Shown here one piece after another: positions 9,241-19,232 of a stretch of DNA of 64,000 nucleotides (position 1 is its first letter; the number at the start of each line of letters is the position of its first letter). The DNA lies in the NCBI GenBank assembly GCA_903842085.1, contig CAIMLA010000043.1:1563-65562 (forward strand). The letters run 5' to 3'. Position numbers and translations under genes: made by a program. Source of the DNA: an uncultured bacterium. Lineage in GTDB: Bacteria; Patescibacteriota; CPR2; UBA1875; CAIMLA01. The notes below the pieces were generated by a model. It did not search any database. It worked only from the letters and a program-made list of their open reading frames with translations, and was not told where the DNA came from.

Positions 9241-12054
9241 ATGCATAACAATATTGTTATTACTGGCGCACGTGAGCATAATTTAAAAAATATAAATGTG
9301 GCTATTCCACGTGATAAGCTGGTCGTAATTACTGGCTTGTCAGGATCTGGCAAATCATCTTTAGCCTTTGATACAATCTATGCCGAAGGTCAAAGACGGT
9401 ATGTCGAGAGTCTCTCAAGTTATGCGCGTCAATTTTTAGGCTTAATGGAAAAGCCTGATGTTGATCAAATCGAAGGTCTTTCGCCAGCAATTTCGATTGA
9501 TCAGAAATCAACGACTAAAAATCCTCGTTCAACTGTTGGCACTGTCACTGAAATATATGATTATTTGAGGTTGCTCTATGCCCGAATTGGTATCCCACAT
9601 TGCCCAATTTGTGGTCGCGAAATTACCAAACAAACAGTTTCACAAATAGTTGAGCAAATATTATCAAAAGACTCGGGAACCAAATTTATGATACTGGCTC
9701 CAATCATTAAGGATAAAAAGGGTGTACATAAATATGTATTTGAAGGTCTAAAAAAGGCTGGCTATGCTCGCGTCAGAGTGGATAATAAAATATTCGATAT
9801 TGATGAAGAGATAACCTTAGATAAAAATAAAAAGCACACCATAGATGCGGTCATTGATCGCTTAATTGTGGGTAGTGAAATTGGCAAACGATTAATTGAA
9901 TCAGTCGAGGCGGCCCTCAATCTGGGTGAAGGAGTGATGATTTATTTTGACAATGATAGTCAAGAAGAGGAAGTCTATTCCCAAAACTTTGCTTGTCCTA
10001 ACTGCCATATTAGCTTGCCCGAGATTTCTCCAAGGAGTTTTTCATTTAATAGTCCTCATGGTGCCTGTCCAGTCTGCACTGGCCTTGGTTCTAGGCTTGA
10101 GATAGACCCAGAACTGGTCGTCCCTAATAAAAAACTGACTATTGCCGAAGGAGCGATTCGGTATTGGAATCGAACAACGGACAAATTAAATTGGTATACC
10201 CGCCTTTTGAAAACAGTCGGCGAGAAATACGACTTTACGGTTGATCAGCCGATCAGTACCATTACGGAAAAATCATTGAATATTATTATGTATGGTAGTG
10301 GAGATGAGCTTTTTAACTTTCAGCTTGGTTCAAGATCTTATGAAGCGACCTATGAAGGCGTTGTGGCCAATCTAGAAAGAAGATATCTAGAAACAGATTC
10401 AGATTATATCCGGAACGAAATTAGAAAATACATGGGCGAGAAAATCTGCCCAAAATGCCAAGGAAAAAGGTTGAAGCCCGAATTTTTGGCCGTTACAATT
10501 GTCGGCCGGTCGATTGTTGATTTGACAAATTATCCAATCAATGAGGCTTTTGATTATTTCAATAAGTTAGAGTTGAGTAGTCGAGACAATAACATCGCAA
10601 AGCAGATTTTGAAGGAGATTAAAGCTCGTCTACGTTTCTTAATAAATGTTGGCCTAGATTATCTAACGCTAGATCGGAGTGCCAGTACCCTCTCTGGTGG
10701 TGAAGCTCAGAGAATCAGACTAGCCACCCAGATTGGATCTTCATTGATGGGGGTAATTTATATCTTAGATGAGCCTTCAATCGGTTTGCATCAGCGCGAT
10801 AATTATCGCCTGATTGATACTCTGAAGAATTTAAGAGATTTGGGAAATACAGTCATAGTTGTTGAACATGATAAAGACACGATGGAAGAAGCCGATTGGT
10901 TGATCGATGTTGGCCCAGGCGCGGGCGAAAAAGGCGGAGAGGTCATTGCGGCTGGGACACCAGATGAAGTAAAAAGGAATCCAAATTCACTTACGGGTCA
11001 ATACCTAAAGGGAGAGAAAAAGATCTTCTGTCCCACGAGTCGGAGAAAGGGAAACGGGAACGAAATAGTTGTGATTGAAGCAGAAGAGAATAATCTTAAA
11101 AAAATAAATGTCCCAATCCCTCTCGGAAAACTGGTCTTAGTGACCGGGGTCTCTGGCTCAGGTAAGTCCAGCCTAGTAAACGATGTTTTGGCTAAAAAGC
11201 TGGCTCAGATCTTTCATCGAGCCCAAGAGCCAGCAGGGAAACATAAAGAGATTATTGGCTTAAAAAATCTAGATAAAGTTATTAATATCGATCAGTCACC
11301 AATTGGCCGAACCCCACGATCTAATCCGGCCACTTATACTAAGGCCTTTGATGACATTAGAGAATTATTTTCGAATGTTCCTGAAGCCAAGATTAGAGGA
11401 TACAAAAAGGGCAGGTTTAGCTTCAATGCAAAGGGGGGCGGGCGTTGTGAAGTCTGCCGAGGTGAGGGGATATTAAAAATTGAAATGCATTTCTTGCCTG
11501 ATGTCTATATCACCTGCGAAGAATGTGGCGGGAAGAGATATAACAAAGAAGCCTTAGAGATACACTATAAGGCGAAAAATATCTCTGATGTTTTGAATAT
11601 GACGGTTGGGGAAGGGTATGAATTTTTTCACAATATTCCTCAAATAAAACGAAAACTAGAAACCCTGGTCGAGGTTGGCTTGGGCTATATTCGGCTCGGT
11701 CAACCAGCCACCACTTTATCTGGTGGCGAAGCTCAAAGAGTTAAACTAGCCTCTGAATTAGCCAGACGTTCTACAGGGAAGACCCTTTATATTTTAGATG
11801 AGCCAACGACGGGACTCCACTTTGATGACGTCAATCGCTTAATGCATGTCTTGAATAAGCTTGTTGATATCGGCAATACCGTTTTAGTGATCGAGCACAA
11901 TCTAGAAGTTATTAAATGTGCCGATTGGATTATCGATCTAGGGCCAGAAGGTGGAAACAAGGGGGGTGAGATTCTGGCGCAGGGAACACCAGAACAATTA
12001 GTTAAAGAAAAAAAATCATATACTGGGCAATATCTGTCTAAAGTTTTAGCCTAA
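9241..12054 (+). CDS. uvrA: Excinuclease ABC subunit A
   Basis: Two ABC ATPase modules ([10 protein letters not shown] and [10 protein letters not shown] Walker A; LSGGEAQR signatures) with zinc-finger Cys clusters. 937 aa. Confidence 0.93.
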   Translation: MHNNIVITGAREHNLKNINVAIPRDKLVVITGLSGSGKSSLAFDTIYAEGQRRYVESLSSYARQFLGLMEKPDVDQIEGLSPAISIDQKSTTKNPRSTVGTVTEIYDYLRLLYARIGIPHCPICGREITKQTVSQIVEQILSKDSGTKFMILAPIIKDKKGVHKYVFEGLKKAGYARVRVDNKIFDIDEEITLDKNKKHTIDAVIDRLIVGSEIGKRLIESVEAALNLGEGVMIYFDNDSQEEEVYSQNFACPNCHISLPEISPRSFSFNSPHGACPVCTGLGSRLEIDPELVVPNKKLTIAEGAIRYWNRTTDKLNWYTRLLKTVGEKYDFTVDQPISTITEKSLNIIMYGSGDELFNFQLGSRSYEATYEGVVANLERRYLETDSDYIRNEIRKYMGEKICPKCQGKRLKPEFLAVTIVGRSIVDLTNYPINEAFDYFNKLELSSRDNNIAKQILKEIKARLRFLINVGLDYLTLDRSASTLSGGEAQRIRLATQIGSSLMGVIYILDEPSIGLHQRDNYRLIDTLKNLRDLGNTVIVVEHDKDTMEEADWLIDVGPGAGEKGGEVIAAGTPDEVKRNPNSLTGQYLKGEKKIFCPTSRRKGNGNEIVVIEAEENNLKKINVPIPLGKLVLVTGVSGSGKSSLVNDVLAKKLAQIFHRAQEPAGKHKEIIGLKNLDKVINIDQSPIGRTPRSNPATYTKAFDDIRELFSNVPEAKIRGYKKGRFSFNAKGGGRCEVCRGEGILKIEMHFLPDVYITCEECGGKRYNKEALEIHYKAKNISDVLNMTVGEGYEFFHNIPQIKRKLETLVEVGLGYIRLGQPATTLSGGEAQRVKLASELARRSTGKTLYILDEPTTGLHFDDVNRLMHVLNKLVDIGNTVLVIEHNLEVIKCADWIIDLGPEGGNKGGEILAQGTPEQLVKEKKSYTGQYLSKVLA

Positions 12055-12058
12055 GACT

Positions 12059-13486
12059 ATGGATCCATTGAACAAAAATATTGTTCAAAAGATAAAGAAT
12101 CTCCCTCAGACACCTGGAGTCTACATCTTTCGTAATGAGAAAAGAAAGGTTATTTATGTTGGCAAGGCGATCAAGCTGAAGACTAGGGTTGGGAGCTATT
12201 TCCAAAATAAAAACCATGACATCAAAACTCAAAAATTGATAGAAAAAATTGCTGATTTAGAATATCTCAATTGTGCTTCCGAGATCGAGGCGCTAGTCGT
12301 AGAATCAGAGCTGATCAAACGCTATAAGCCTAGATATAATATCATCTGGAAAGATGATAAAAATTATTCATATATTAAAATTACGGGTGAGGCTTATCCG
12401 AGGGTTTTTGTGGTTAGAGATACCTCTGATGCCGAGAGTCAATATATCGGACCTTTTGTCGATGCGGTTGCTCTAAAAAATTCTCTCAAGCATATCCGTA
12501 AAATATTTCCTTTTTGTACTTGTTATAAGCCGAAGGACCAGGTTTGCCTATATTATCATCTAAAACTTTGTCTTGGACACGGGGAGGAAGCGAAGAAAAA
12601 AGAATATGGGAAGAACATAAAAGCGCTCTCTCGATTTTTTTCTGGGGACACCGCTAAAATTATTGCTGATTTAAAAAAAGAGATGAAGCTATCGGCCCAA
12701 AACCAAGACTTTGAGGCTGCTGCTAGAGCGAGGGATCGATTATTAAATTTAGAAAACCTCAAATATGTTCCGATAGAGAGCCAGAATCACGATCAAATGC
12801 ACGATCAAGCCTTAATTGACCTACAAATTATGACCGGCTTGGATAAAATGCCGAAGCGGATCGAATGTTTCGATATTTCGCATATCTCGGGGCATTTACC
12901 GGTTGGCTCAATGGTCGTTTTTACCAATGGTTTGCCAGATAAAAATAGCTATCGGAGATTTAAGATAAAAGGGGTTAAGCAGATTGATGATTTTGCGATG
13001 TTGAATGAAGCGGTTGGAAGAAGATTGAAAAATCTTGATCGTAAAAAGGACAAGTCGTTTGAGCTAAATCCAGATTTAATTATCATAGATGGCGGGAAAG
13101 GTCAACTTTCAACGATTATGAAATCATACCAGAGCCAATACCCATCAATTTGTTTTCTCTCAATCGCGAAAAAAAATGAGGAGCTCTATCTCTCTAGAAA
13201 TAACCGGATCGAGAAACTCCCCTTGATTGAAAATTCTCAAACAATGTTTCTCTTGCAGAGAATTAGAGATGAAGCCCATAGATTTGCCATTACCTACCAT
13301 CGCCACCTCCGGAAAAATGAAATAACAACCTCGGCCCTTGATTTAATTCCAGGAGTCGGTCCAAAAACAAAACGAGCGCTTCTCAAAAAGTTTGGTACAA
13401 TTGAGGGAATCAAAAGCGCTGACCTTTCGGAAATAGCGATATTGGTCGGCCTAAAAAAGGGGGAAAGGATCAAGGAAAATTTATGA
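12059..13486 (+). CDS. uvrC: Excinuclease ABC subunit C (compact, 475 aa)
   Basis: N-terminal GIY-YIG (PGVYIFRN...VIYVGKA), UVR domain (FEAAARARDRL), endonuclease core, C-terminal HhH (LIPGVGPKTKRALLKKFG). Shorter than the typical roughly 600 aa. Confidence 0.85.
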   Translation: MDPLNKNIVQKIKNLPQTPGVYIFRNEKRKVIYVGKAIKLKTRVGSYFQNKNHDIKTQKLIEKIADLEYLNCASEIEALVVESELIKRYKPRYNIIWKDDKNYSYIKITGEAYPRVFVVRDTSDAESQYIGPFVDAVALKNSLKHIRKIFPFCTCYKPKDQVCLYYHLKLCLGHGEEAKKKEYGKNIKALSRFFSGDTAKIIADLKKEMKLSAQNQDFEAAARARDRLLNLENLKYVPIESQNHDQMHDQALIDLQIMTGLDKMPKRIECFDISHISGHLPVGSMVVFTNGLPDKNSYRRFKIKGVKQIDDFAMLNEAVGRRLKNLDRKKDKSFELNPDLIIIDGGKGQLSTIMKSYQSQYPSICFLSIAKKNEELYLSRNNRIEKLPLIENSQTMFLLQRIRDEAHRFAITYHRHLRKNEITTSALDLIPGVGPKTKRALLKKFGTIEGIKSADLSEIAILVGLKKGERIKENL

Positions 13487-14409
13487 AAAAAGTTGTGGCA
13501 ATAGGTGGCGGCTCCGGACTGTCAACCATCTTGAGAGCGATCCGTGACTACCCGATAGAGATTACGGCCATCGTCACGATGACTGATGATGGTCAGAGTA
13601 CTGGTCGTTTGCGTAAAGACTTTAATCTCTTACCACCTGGCGATATTAGAAAGTGCATTGCGGCATTGTCAGATAATGAGGATATCCTTCTTGACCTTTG
13701 GCAATACCGGTTCAAAAAAGGGGTCGGTTTGAAAGGGCACTCTTTGGGAAATCTTATCATCAGTGCGGCTCAGGATTTGTATAACGGCAGCTTTGAAAAG
13801 GCCATAGAAGGGATGTGTGATCTTTTCTCGACTCGAGGCAAGGTTCTCCCCTCTACGCTTGAAGATGTCAACCTCTTAGCTACTTTTAGGGATGGAAAGA
13901 AAATAAAAGGGGAATCTAAAATAAGAAAATATGGCTATAAGGAACAAATAGAGCGACTTTATATTGACGGAAAGGTAAAAGCCAATCCAAAAGCTCTTAT
14001 TGCCATAGAAAAAGCAGATTATATCTTGATTGGACCCGGAAGTCTTTACACGAGTATTATTCCCAACTTTTTATTACCAGAGATTGTCAGAGCCTACAGT
14101 CTTTCGAAAGCAAAAAAATATTATATCTGCAATGTTTCAACTGAGAGAGGCGAGACAGAAGGTTATACTAGTCTTGACCACATTAGAGCTTTGGAGCAAT
14201 ACCAAATATTTGTCGATCTAGTTTTGGTTAACAGCAAAAAATTTAGAAAAGGCTCGGGAGATGGCTATGTCATCCCAGTCTCCTTGGGGGCAAAAACTAG
14301 AGACTTATATCATATTTCGGAAAACGATTTAGTCAGCCAGGCTAATCCTCTTTATCATGACGTCGATAAACTTGGTCAAGTGATTTGGCAGTTAATCATT
14401 AAGAGATAG
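13483..14409 (+). CDS. YvcK/CofD-like protein (UPF0052 gluconeogenesis-factor family)
   Basis: MKKVVAIGGGSGLSTILRAIRDYPIEITAIVTMTDDGQSTGRLRK closely matches the YvcK N-terminus. Overlaps the uvrC stop (ATGA). Confidence 0.75.
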   Translation: MKKVVAIGGGSGLSTILRAIRDYPIEITAIVTMTDDGQSTGRLRKDFNLLPPGDIRKCIAALSDNEDILLDLWQYRFKKGVGLKGHSLGNLIISAAQDLYNGSFEKAIEGMCDLFSTRGKVLPSTLEDVNLLATFRDGKKIKGESKIRKYGYKEQIERLYIDGKVKANPKALIAIEKADYILIGPGSLYTSIIPNFLLPEIVRAYSLSKAKKYYICNVSTERGETEGYTSLDHIRALEQYQIFVDLVLVNSKKFRKGSGDGYVIPVSLGAKTRDLYHISENDLVSQANPLYHDVDKLGQVIWQLIIKR

Positions 14410-14466
14410 TTAGCTTTTCTTTTTGTTCGTTTTGTAGTAAAATAAGCGGGCAAAAGAAAGGGAAAA

Positions 14467-14685
14467 ATGCGAACGATTGTAACTATAGTTTTACTCGTGG
14501 CCGCCTTCTTGCTAATCGCCGCGGTTTTGTTGCAGCAGAAGGGAAGCGGTCTCTCAGGTATATTTGGAGGAGATAGTGCTTCATATCTGACAAAAAGAGG
14601 AGCTGAAAAGTTTCTAACAATTTTTACGGTTTTGTCAGCGGCTATTTTTATAGCCTCAGCTCTATCGTTATTAATTATTAAATAA
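14467..14685 (+). CDS. secG: Preprotein translocase subunit SecG (probable)
   Basis: 72 aa with two TM segments and the SecG-like LLQQKGSGLSGIFGG loop. Confidence 0.6.
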   Translation: MRTIVTIVLLVAAFLLIAAVLLQQKGSGLSGIFGGDSASYLTKRGAEKFLTIFTVLSAAIFIASALSLLIIK

Positions 14686-16445
14686 TGAAAACTCGCAGAG
14701 TTGGTATTAAGCTTCGCTTGGTGCTGAAAAAATTCTATCTAGACCTCAAGCAAACCCATTTAAAAGATTTACGTAATGGTTTTTTTCATTACCTGAAGAA
14801 ACTTCCAGATATTATCCATTTAAAGAATATGATCTTAGTGATTATTATTCTCTCAGGGGTAACTTTGATAATGTTTTTTCAAAGATTCTCGGCCCTTGGA
14901 CAATATTTTGAAGTGAGAACGCCGAGTTATGGTGGCACCTATACAGAAGGCGTTATCGGCCAAATTGATAAAATAAATCCACTTTTTATTAATAGTGAAG
15001 CTGAGGCATCAGCGAACAAATTGGTCTTTTCAGGCCTAGTAAAAGTAATGCCAAATGACGTCATAACGCCTGATTTAGCGGAGAGTTGGACTGTTCAGGA
15101 AGAAGGTAAAGTCTATACTTTTAAGTTAAGGAAAAACCTTAAATGGCATGATAACAAAGAAGTCACCGCTGACGATATTCTCTTTACCATAGATTTAATC
15201 CAAAATCCTGATACCAGAACTAGTCTAAACGCCGTGTGGCAAAATGTTGAAGTGGTTAAAAATAATAAATATGAAGTAAAATTCACTTTGCCAAATAATT
15301 ATAGTGATTTTTTAAGAGTGGCAGCACAGCCGATCTTGCCGCAACATTTATTAAAAGACACCGATCCGAGCAGTATCAAGGTGGCTGAGTTTAATACAAA
15401 GCCGATTGGCTCAGGCCCTTACAAATTTACTCGTTTTGACCAAACGGGAGAGGAAACGATCGCAATCTTTGATGCAAATGGGAATTACTATCCTCACAAA
15501 CCATATATCAATAAAGTACGCCTGAGATTGTACGAAAATTTTTCCGATCTATATTCTGCCGTCCTTCGAAAACAAGTTAATGGCATCAGCCAGATCCCAT
15601 ATAACAAAATTGATGCGATGAAGAATATAGGTTCACTCAACGCTTATAATCAATATTTGCCTCGATATAAGGTCTTGCTTTTTAATTTAAAGAACGAACT
15701 CTTGGCGAATGCGGAAATCCGACAAGCGCTTTCAAAAGCGATTAATAGAAGCGAGATAATCGCGAAAGGGTTAGACGACAAAGCTATGCCAGTTTACGCC
15801 CCAATTCTTCCTGGCAAAGAAGGCTATGATAAAAAGTTAAACACCAATCTTTTTGATGTCAACAAAGCCAACGAAGAACTTGATAAAGCCGGTTGGATCA
15901 AGGGAAAGAACGGAATTAGAGAAAAAGACGGGAAAAAATTATCTTTCAAATTGGTGGTCAATGATGACGATGAAGGTAAAAAGGTTGGTGAAATCATAAA
16001 AACCGAATTTGAGAAAATAGGAGTAGACACAAATTTAATTGTATCAGACAAAGATCTCTTCCAGGCAGATTATATTAGACCAAGAAACTTTGATCTGGTT
16101 ATCGTTGGTCAAAACGTTGGCACCACGACTGATTTATACAGCTTCTGGCATTCGTCTCAAGTAAACGACCCAGGGCTCAACTTGAGTGGCTTAAAAGATC
16201 GAAAGATTGATAAGCTTATTGAACTTGGGAGAAAGAGTAACGATAAAAAATATCGGGATGACAAATATCGACAAGCTCAGGAAGCGATCATGTCAGTGTC
16301 ACCAGCGGTCTACCTTTATGACCCAATCTACTCTTTTGCGGTCACAAAAAATATTAAAGGGTTTGACCAAGGCAAAATTACGACCCCAGTTGATCATTTG
16401 AATGATATTTCGAACTGGTATGTCTACGACAAAGTTAAAAATTAA
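14685..16445 (+). CDS. ABC transporter substrate-binding protein, family 5 (peptide/nickel type), N-terminally membrane-anchored; orphan
   Basis: 586 aa with SBP_bac_5-like motifs (PIGSGPYKF...). N-terminal hydrophobic anchor. No permease or ATPase genes nearby. Confidence 0.7.
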   Translation: MKTRRVGIKLRLVLKKFYLDLKQTHLKDLRNGFFHYLKKLPDIIHLKNMILVIIILSGVTLIMFFQRFSALGQYFEVRTPSYGGTYTEGVIGQIDKINPLFINSEAEASANKLVFSGLVKVMPNDVITPDLAESWTVQEEGKVYTFKLRKNLKWHDNKEVTADDILFTIDLIQNPDTRTSLNAVWQNVEVVKNNKYEVKFTLPNNYSDFLRVAAQPILPQHLLKDTDPSSIKVAEFNTKPIGSGPYKFTRFDQTGEETIAIFDANGNYYPHKPYINKVRLRLYENFSDLYSAVLRKQVNGISQIPYNKIDAMKNIGSLNAYNQYLPRYKVLLFNLKNELLANAEIRQALSKAINRSEIIAKGLDDKAMPVYAPILPGKEGYDKKLNTNLFDVNKANEELDKAGWIKGKNGIREKDGKKLSFKLVVNDDDEGKKVGEIIKTEFEKIGVDTNLIVSDKDLFQADYIRPRNFDLVIVGQNVGTTTDLYSFWHSSQVNDPGLNLSGLKDRKIDKLIELGRKSNDKKYRDDKYRQAQEAIMSVSPAVYLYDPIYSFAVTKNIKGFDQGKITTPVDHLNDISNWYVYDKVKN

Positions 16446-16465
16446 TCTTTAATTTGATAGGTAAG

Positions 16466-16493
16466 AAAAAACTCCATAACTATGGAGTTTTTT
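16466..16493. terminator. Bidirectional intrinsic terminator (A5-ACTCCATA-AC-TATGGAGT-T6)
   Basis: Perfect hairpin flanked by an A-run and a T-run, placed between the convergent SBP gene (+) and the tRNA operon (-). Confidence 0.65.
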
Positions 16494-16579
16494 GGTGCCC
16501 GAGGCGGGACTCGAACCCGCAAGATGTCACCACCAACGGATTTTAAGTCCGTCGCGTATACCAATTCCGCCACCCGGGC
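16494..16579 (-). tRNA. tRNA-Leu (anticodon TAA), long variable arm, CCA encoded
   Basis: Reverse complement GCCCGGGTGGCGGAATTGGTATACGCGACGGACTTAAAATCCGT...GGGTTCGAGTCCCGCCTCGGGCACCA. Anticodon loop CTTAAAA. Confidence 0.85.
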
Positions 16580-16624
16580 ATTAGATTTAAGCAAAACCAA
16601 ACGAATCAGGAAGCCCCATCAATC

Positions 16625-16699
16625 TGGAGGCCTCGCCCGGAATTGAACCGGGGTGAACGGTTTTGCAGACCGCTGCGTAAACCACTCCGCCACGAGGCC
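16625..16699 (-). tRNA. tRNA-Cys (anticodon GCA), CCA encoded
   Basis: Reverse complement GGCCTCGTGGCGGAGTGG...GCGGTCTGCAAAACCGT...CCCGGTTCAATTCCGGGCGAGGCCTCCA. Anticodon loop CTGCAAA. Confidence 0.85.
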
Positions 16700-16706
16700 A
16701 TTTATA

Positions 16707-16782
16707 TGGAGCGAGAGACGGGGCTCGAACCCGCGACCTCAACCTTGGCAAGGTTGCGCTCTACCAGCTAAGCTACTCTCGC
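16707..16782 (-). tRNA. tRNA-Gly (anticodon GCC), CCA encoded
   Basis: Reverse complement GCGAGAGTAGCTTAGCTGGTAGAGCGCAACCTTGCCAAGGTTGAGGTCGCGGGTTCGAGCCCCGTCTCTCGCTCCA. Confidence 0.88.
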
Positions 16783-16819
16783 AAACACACGTGGACTAGA
16801 TTACGTCGAGATTGATTTA

Positions 16820-16895
<76 letters not shown>

Positions 16896-16963
16896 TTATT
16901 TTCTTTTTCTTCTTACTAAGATTCTTCTGGCGATAAATAACGTCCAGATCAATCTTGGTAAAA

Positions 16964-17040
16964 TGGTGGGCGATGGGGGATTCGAACCCGCGACCTCCTC
17001 GGTGTAAACGAGATGCTCTAACCAGCTGAGCTAATCGCCC
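16964..17040 (-). tRNA. tRNA-Val (anticodon TAC), CCA encoded (exact 5' end +/-1 nt)
   Basis: Reverse complement GGGCGATTAGCTCAGCTGGTTAGAGCATCTCGTTTACACCGAGGAGGTCGCGGGTTCGAATCCCCCATCGCCCACCA. Anticodon loop TTTACAC. One apparent C/C mismatch in the T-stem. Confidence 0.75.
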
Positions 17041-17077
17041 CGATATCAATGTTCAATTGACTCGTATCCCTTAACTT

Positions 17078-17164
17078 TGGTGCGGACGAGAGGACTTGAA
17101 CCTCCAAGACCTTTCGGTCACTAGCACCTCATGCTAGCGCGTATACCAATTCCGCCACGTCCGC
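17078..17164 (-). tRNA. tRNA-Leu (anticodon GAG), long variable arm, CCA encoded
   Basis: Reverse complement GCGGACGTGGCGGAATTGGTATACGCGCTAGCATGAGGTGCTAGTGACCGAAAGGTCTTGGAGGTTCAAGTCCTCTCGTCCGCACCA. Confidence 0.8.
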
Positions 17165-17197
17165 TTGGTATAAAAAAAGCGTGCCAAGCGCTCAAAT

Positions 17198-17226
17198 ATT
17201 ATAGAATTATAAGAGGGATAAGTCAA
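17198..17226 (-). promoter_or_regulatory. Consensus sigma-70 promoter (minus strand) driving the six-tRNA operon: TTGACT, 17-nt spacer, TATAAT
   Basis: On the minus strand: TTGACT (complement of 17221-17226), 17-nt spacer, TATAAT (complement of 17198-17203). Predicted TSS about 25 nt upstream of the tRNA-Leu(GAG) 5' end. Confidence 0.65.
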
Positions 17227-17275
17227 TCTCAAATCTCTATCAAAAATTATATAAAAGTTGTATAATGATCAAGCA

Positions 17276-17749
17276 ATGCCAAATGAAGAAAACAAAGAGA
17301 CGCTAGGTGTAAATCTATCAAATGATTTTCAGCAAGAGCTTAAAAACAAGAAGCGGAAAGTCAATTGGCTTGGTGTAGTTAGTGCAACTTCTCTGGCCGT
17401 AATCGTCATTGTGGTTCTGGGCCTTGGATCTTATGAAATCTTTTTTAAGAAAGAATCAATCAAGCAGGATGCCGACACAAAGATAGAATCAAAACCAGTC
17501 GCAACCGATGAAAAAGCGAGTAGTGAGCCTGAGACAGAGGAGAAAACGACTGCGACCACTCCAGCGCCAACCCCAGCTCCAGCTCCGACCGCTCCATCAA
17601 CGACACAAGAATATGTTATTGCTGATGGTGATAACCTTGGTGCAATTGCGGTCAAATTTGAGACTACCGTCGAAAAGTTGAAAGCGGCAAATAATATTCA
17701 AGATGAAACATTGCTACAAATAGGACAAAAGATTAAAATAGTTAAGTAA
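17276..17749 (+). CDS. LysM-domain protein with N-terminal TM anchor and Pro/Thr-rich linker
   Basis: C-terminal LysM (YVIADGDNLGAIAVKFETTVEKLKAANNIQ...GQKIKIV). TPAPTPAPAPTAPSTT linker. Start placed at ATG 17276, 9 nt downstream of TGTATAAT; the ORF track's 17258 is a TTG. Confidence 0.75.
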   Translation: MPNEENKETLGVNLSNDFQQELKNKKRKVNWLGVVSATSLAVIVIVVLGLGSYEIFFKKESIKQDADTKIESKPVATDEKASSEPETEEKTTATTPAPTPAPAPTAPSTTQEYVIADGDNLGAIAVKFETTVEKLKAANNIQDETLLQIGQKIKIVK

Positions 17750-17762
17750 GAAAGGAGAACAT

Positions 17763-18308
17763 ATGTTTATGTGGATTATTTTAGGGATTATCGTGCTAGT
17801 CGCGGTTTTTGTGATTATTACTTATAACGGACTGATCAAGCTGAAAAATAGAGTTCAAGAGGCCGATAGTGATATTGACGTACAATTGAAAAGACGTTAC
17901 GAATTGATCCCGAATTTGATTGAGACAGTCAAAGGCTATGCTAAGCATGAGAAAGAATTATTTGAAAAAGTCACTAAAGAACGATCTAGTCTTGTCACGG
18001 GTTCTACTGCTGAAAAGGTCGAGGCGAGCAACGCTTTAACCGACACCCTTAAGTCTATCTTTGCTGTAGCAGAAAACTATCCAGAGCTGAAAGCAAATCA
18101 GAACTTTTTACAGCTGCAAACCGATCTAACAGATACTCAAGATAAGATTATGGCGGCTCAGAGATTCTACAATGGAAACGTTCGTGACTTTAACACAAAA
18201 CTTCAAGTTTTCCCAACAAATCTTTATGCAAAGATGCTAGGTTTTAGCGAATTTGGCTTTATTGAAGCTGGAGAAACTGAGAAAAAGAACGTCGAAGTAA
18301 AGTTCTAA
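17763..18308 (+). CDS. lemA: LemA family membrane protein
   Basis: N-terminal TM followed by YNGLIKLKNRVQEA... and an overall LemA-like helical domain. GGAG RBS. Confidence 0.75.
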   Translation: MFMWIILGIIVLVAVFVIITYNGLIKLKNRVQEADSDIDVQLKRRYELIPNLIETVKGYAKHEKELFEKVTKERSSLVTGSTAEKVEASNALTDTLKSIFAVAENYPELKANQNFLQLQTDLTDTQDKIMAAQRFYNGNVRDFNTKLQVFPTNLYAKMLGFSEFGFIEAGETEKKNVEVKF

Positions 18309-18314
18309 TTTATC

Positions 18315-19208
18315 ATGGCAACGGCCTATACTTACGCAAACTCTAATAAAAGAAAGACATGGTTTTGGCTAATTGGCTTTGTCCTTTTTGTGATCGTTGT
18401 CGGGTACATCTTTAGTCGAGCCCTAGATATGCCGTGGATATTGCCTTTGGCGGTCACAATTGCAATCATTCAGTCGGGGCTTTCATACTGGAGCAGCGAT
18501 AAAATTGTCCTATCAATCTCTAGGGCAAAAGAAATAGATAAAACCACAAACCAAACTCTATTTCGTTTAGTTGAAAATCTGTCCATCGCTTCTGGCTTAC
18601 CGATGCCCAAAATATATATCATTGATGATAGTGCTCCAAATGCCTTTGCGACAGGGAGAGATCCAAAGCATGCGGTTATTTGTGTTACAACCGGCCTATT
18701 GAACAAGCTTGATAAACAAGAGCTTGAAGGGGTCTTGGCTCATGAGTTTTCTCATATTGGAAATTATGACATTAGGCTCCAAACGATTATTGTTATTTTG
18801 GTTGGGTTAATCGCTCTCTTGGCGGATTGGTTTGTTTATTTGCGGTTTTTTGGCGGTGACGATGACAACGGAAATTGGGTATTTGTTTTAATTGGCTTTG
18901 CTCTCGCTTTGCTCTCTCCTTTGGTAGCATCTTTGATTCAACTTGCCATTTCTAGGAAAAGAGAGTTTCTGGCTGATGCGGATGGGGCTTTGCTCACTAG
19001 GAACCCTGACGGTTTGGCAAGAGCCTTGGAAGACATCTCAAAAGATAAAGAGCCGCTCGAGGTCGCGAATAAAGCCACGGCTCATTTATATATCACAAAT
19101 CCACTCAAAGATCAGACCGATTCTAAAAAAAGTCGGTTTTCTGGGCTTTTTGATACTCATCCACCAATTGAGGAGCGAGTGAAAGCCTTGCGTGACATGG
19201 CCTTATAA
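18315..19208 (+). CDS. HtpX-like M48 family zinc metalloprotease (membrane)
   Basis: HEFSHIGNYD (HExxH), downstream REFLADADG glutamate, multiple TM segments. Classic LemA/M48 gene pair. Confidence 0.8.
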   Translation: MATAYTYANSNKRKTWFWLIGFVLFVIVVGYIFSRALDMPWILPLAVTIAIIQSGLSYWSSDKIVLSISRAKEIDKTTNQTLFRLVENLSIASGLPMPKIYIIDDSAPNAFATGRDPKHAVICVTTGLLNKLDKQELEGVLAHEFSHIGNYDIRLQTIIVILVGLIALLADWFVYLRFFGGDDDNGNWVFVLIGFALALLSPLVASLIQLAISRKREFLADADGALLTRNPDGLARALEDISKDKEPLEVANKATAHLYITNPLKDQTDSKKSRFSGLFDTHPPIEERVKALRDMAL

Positions 19209-19232
19209 CGTTTTTTAAATAAAAGGGGTAAA

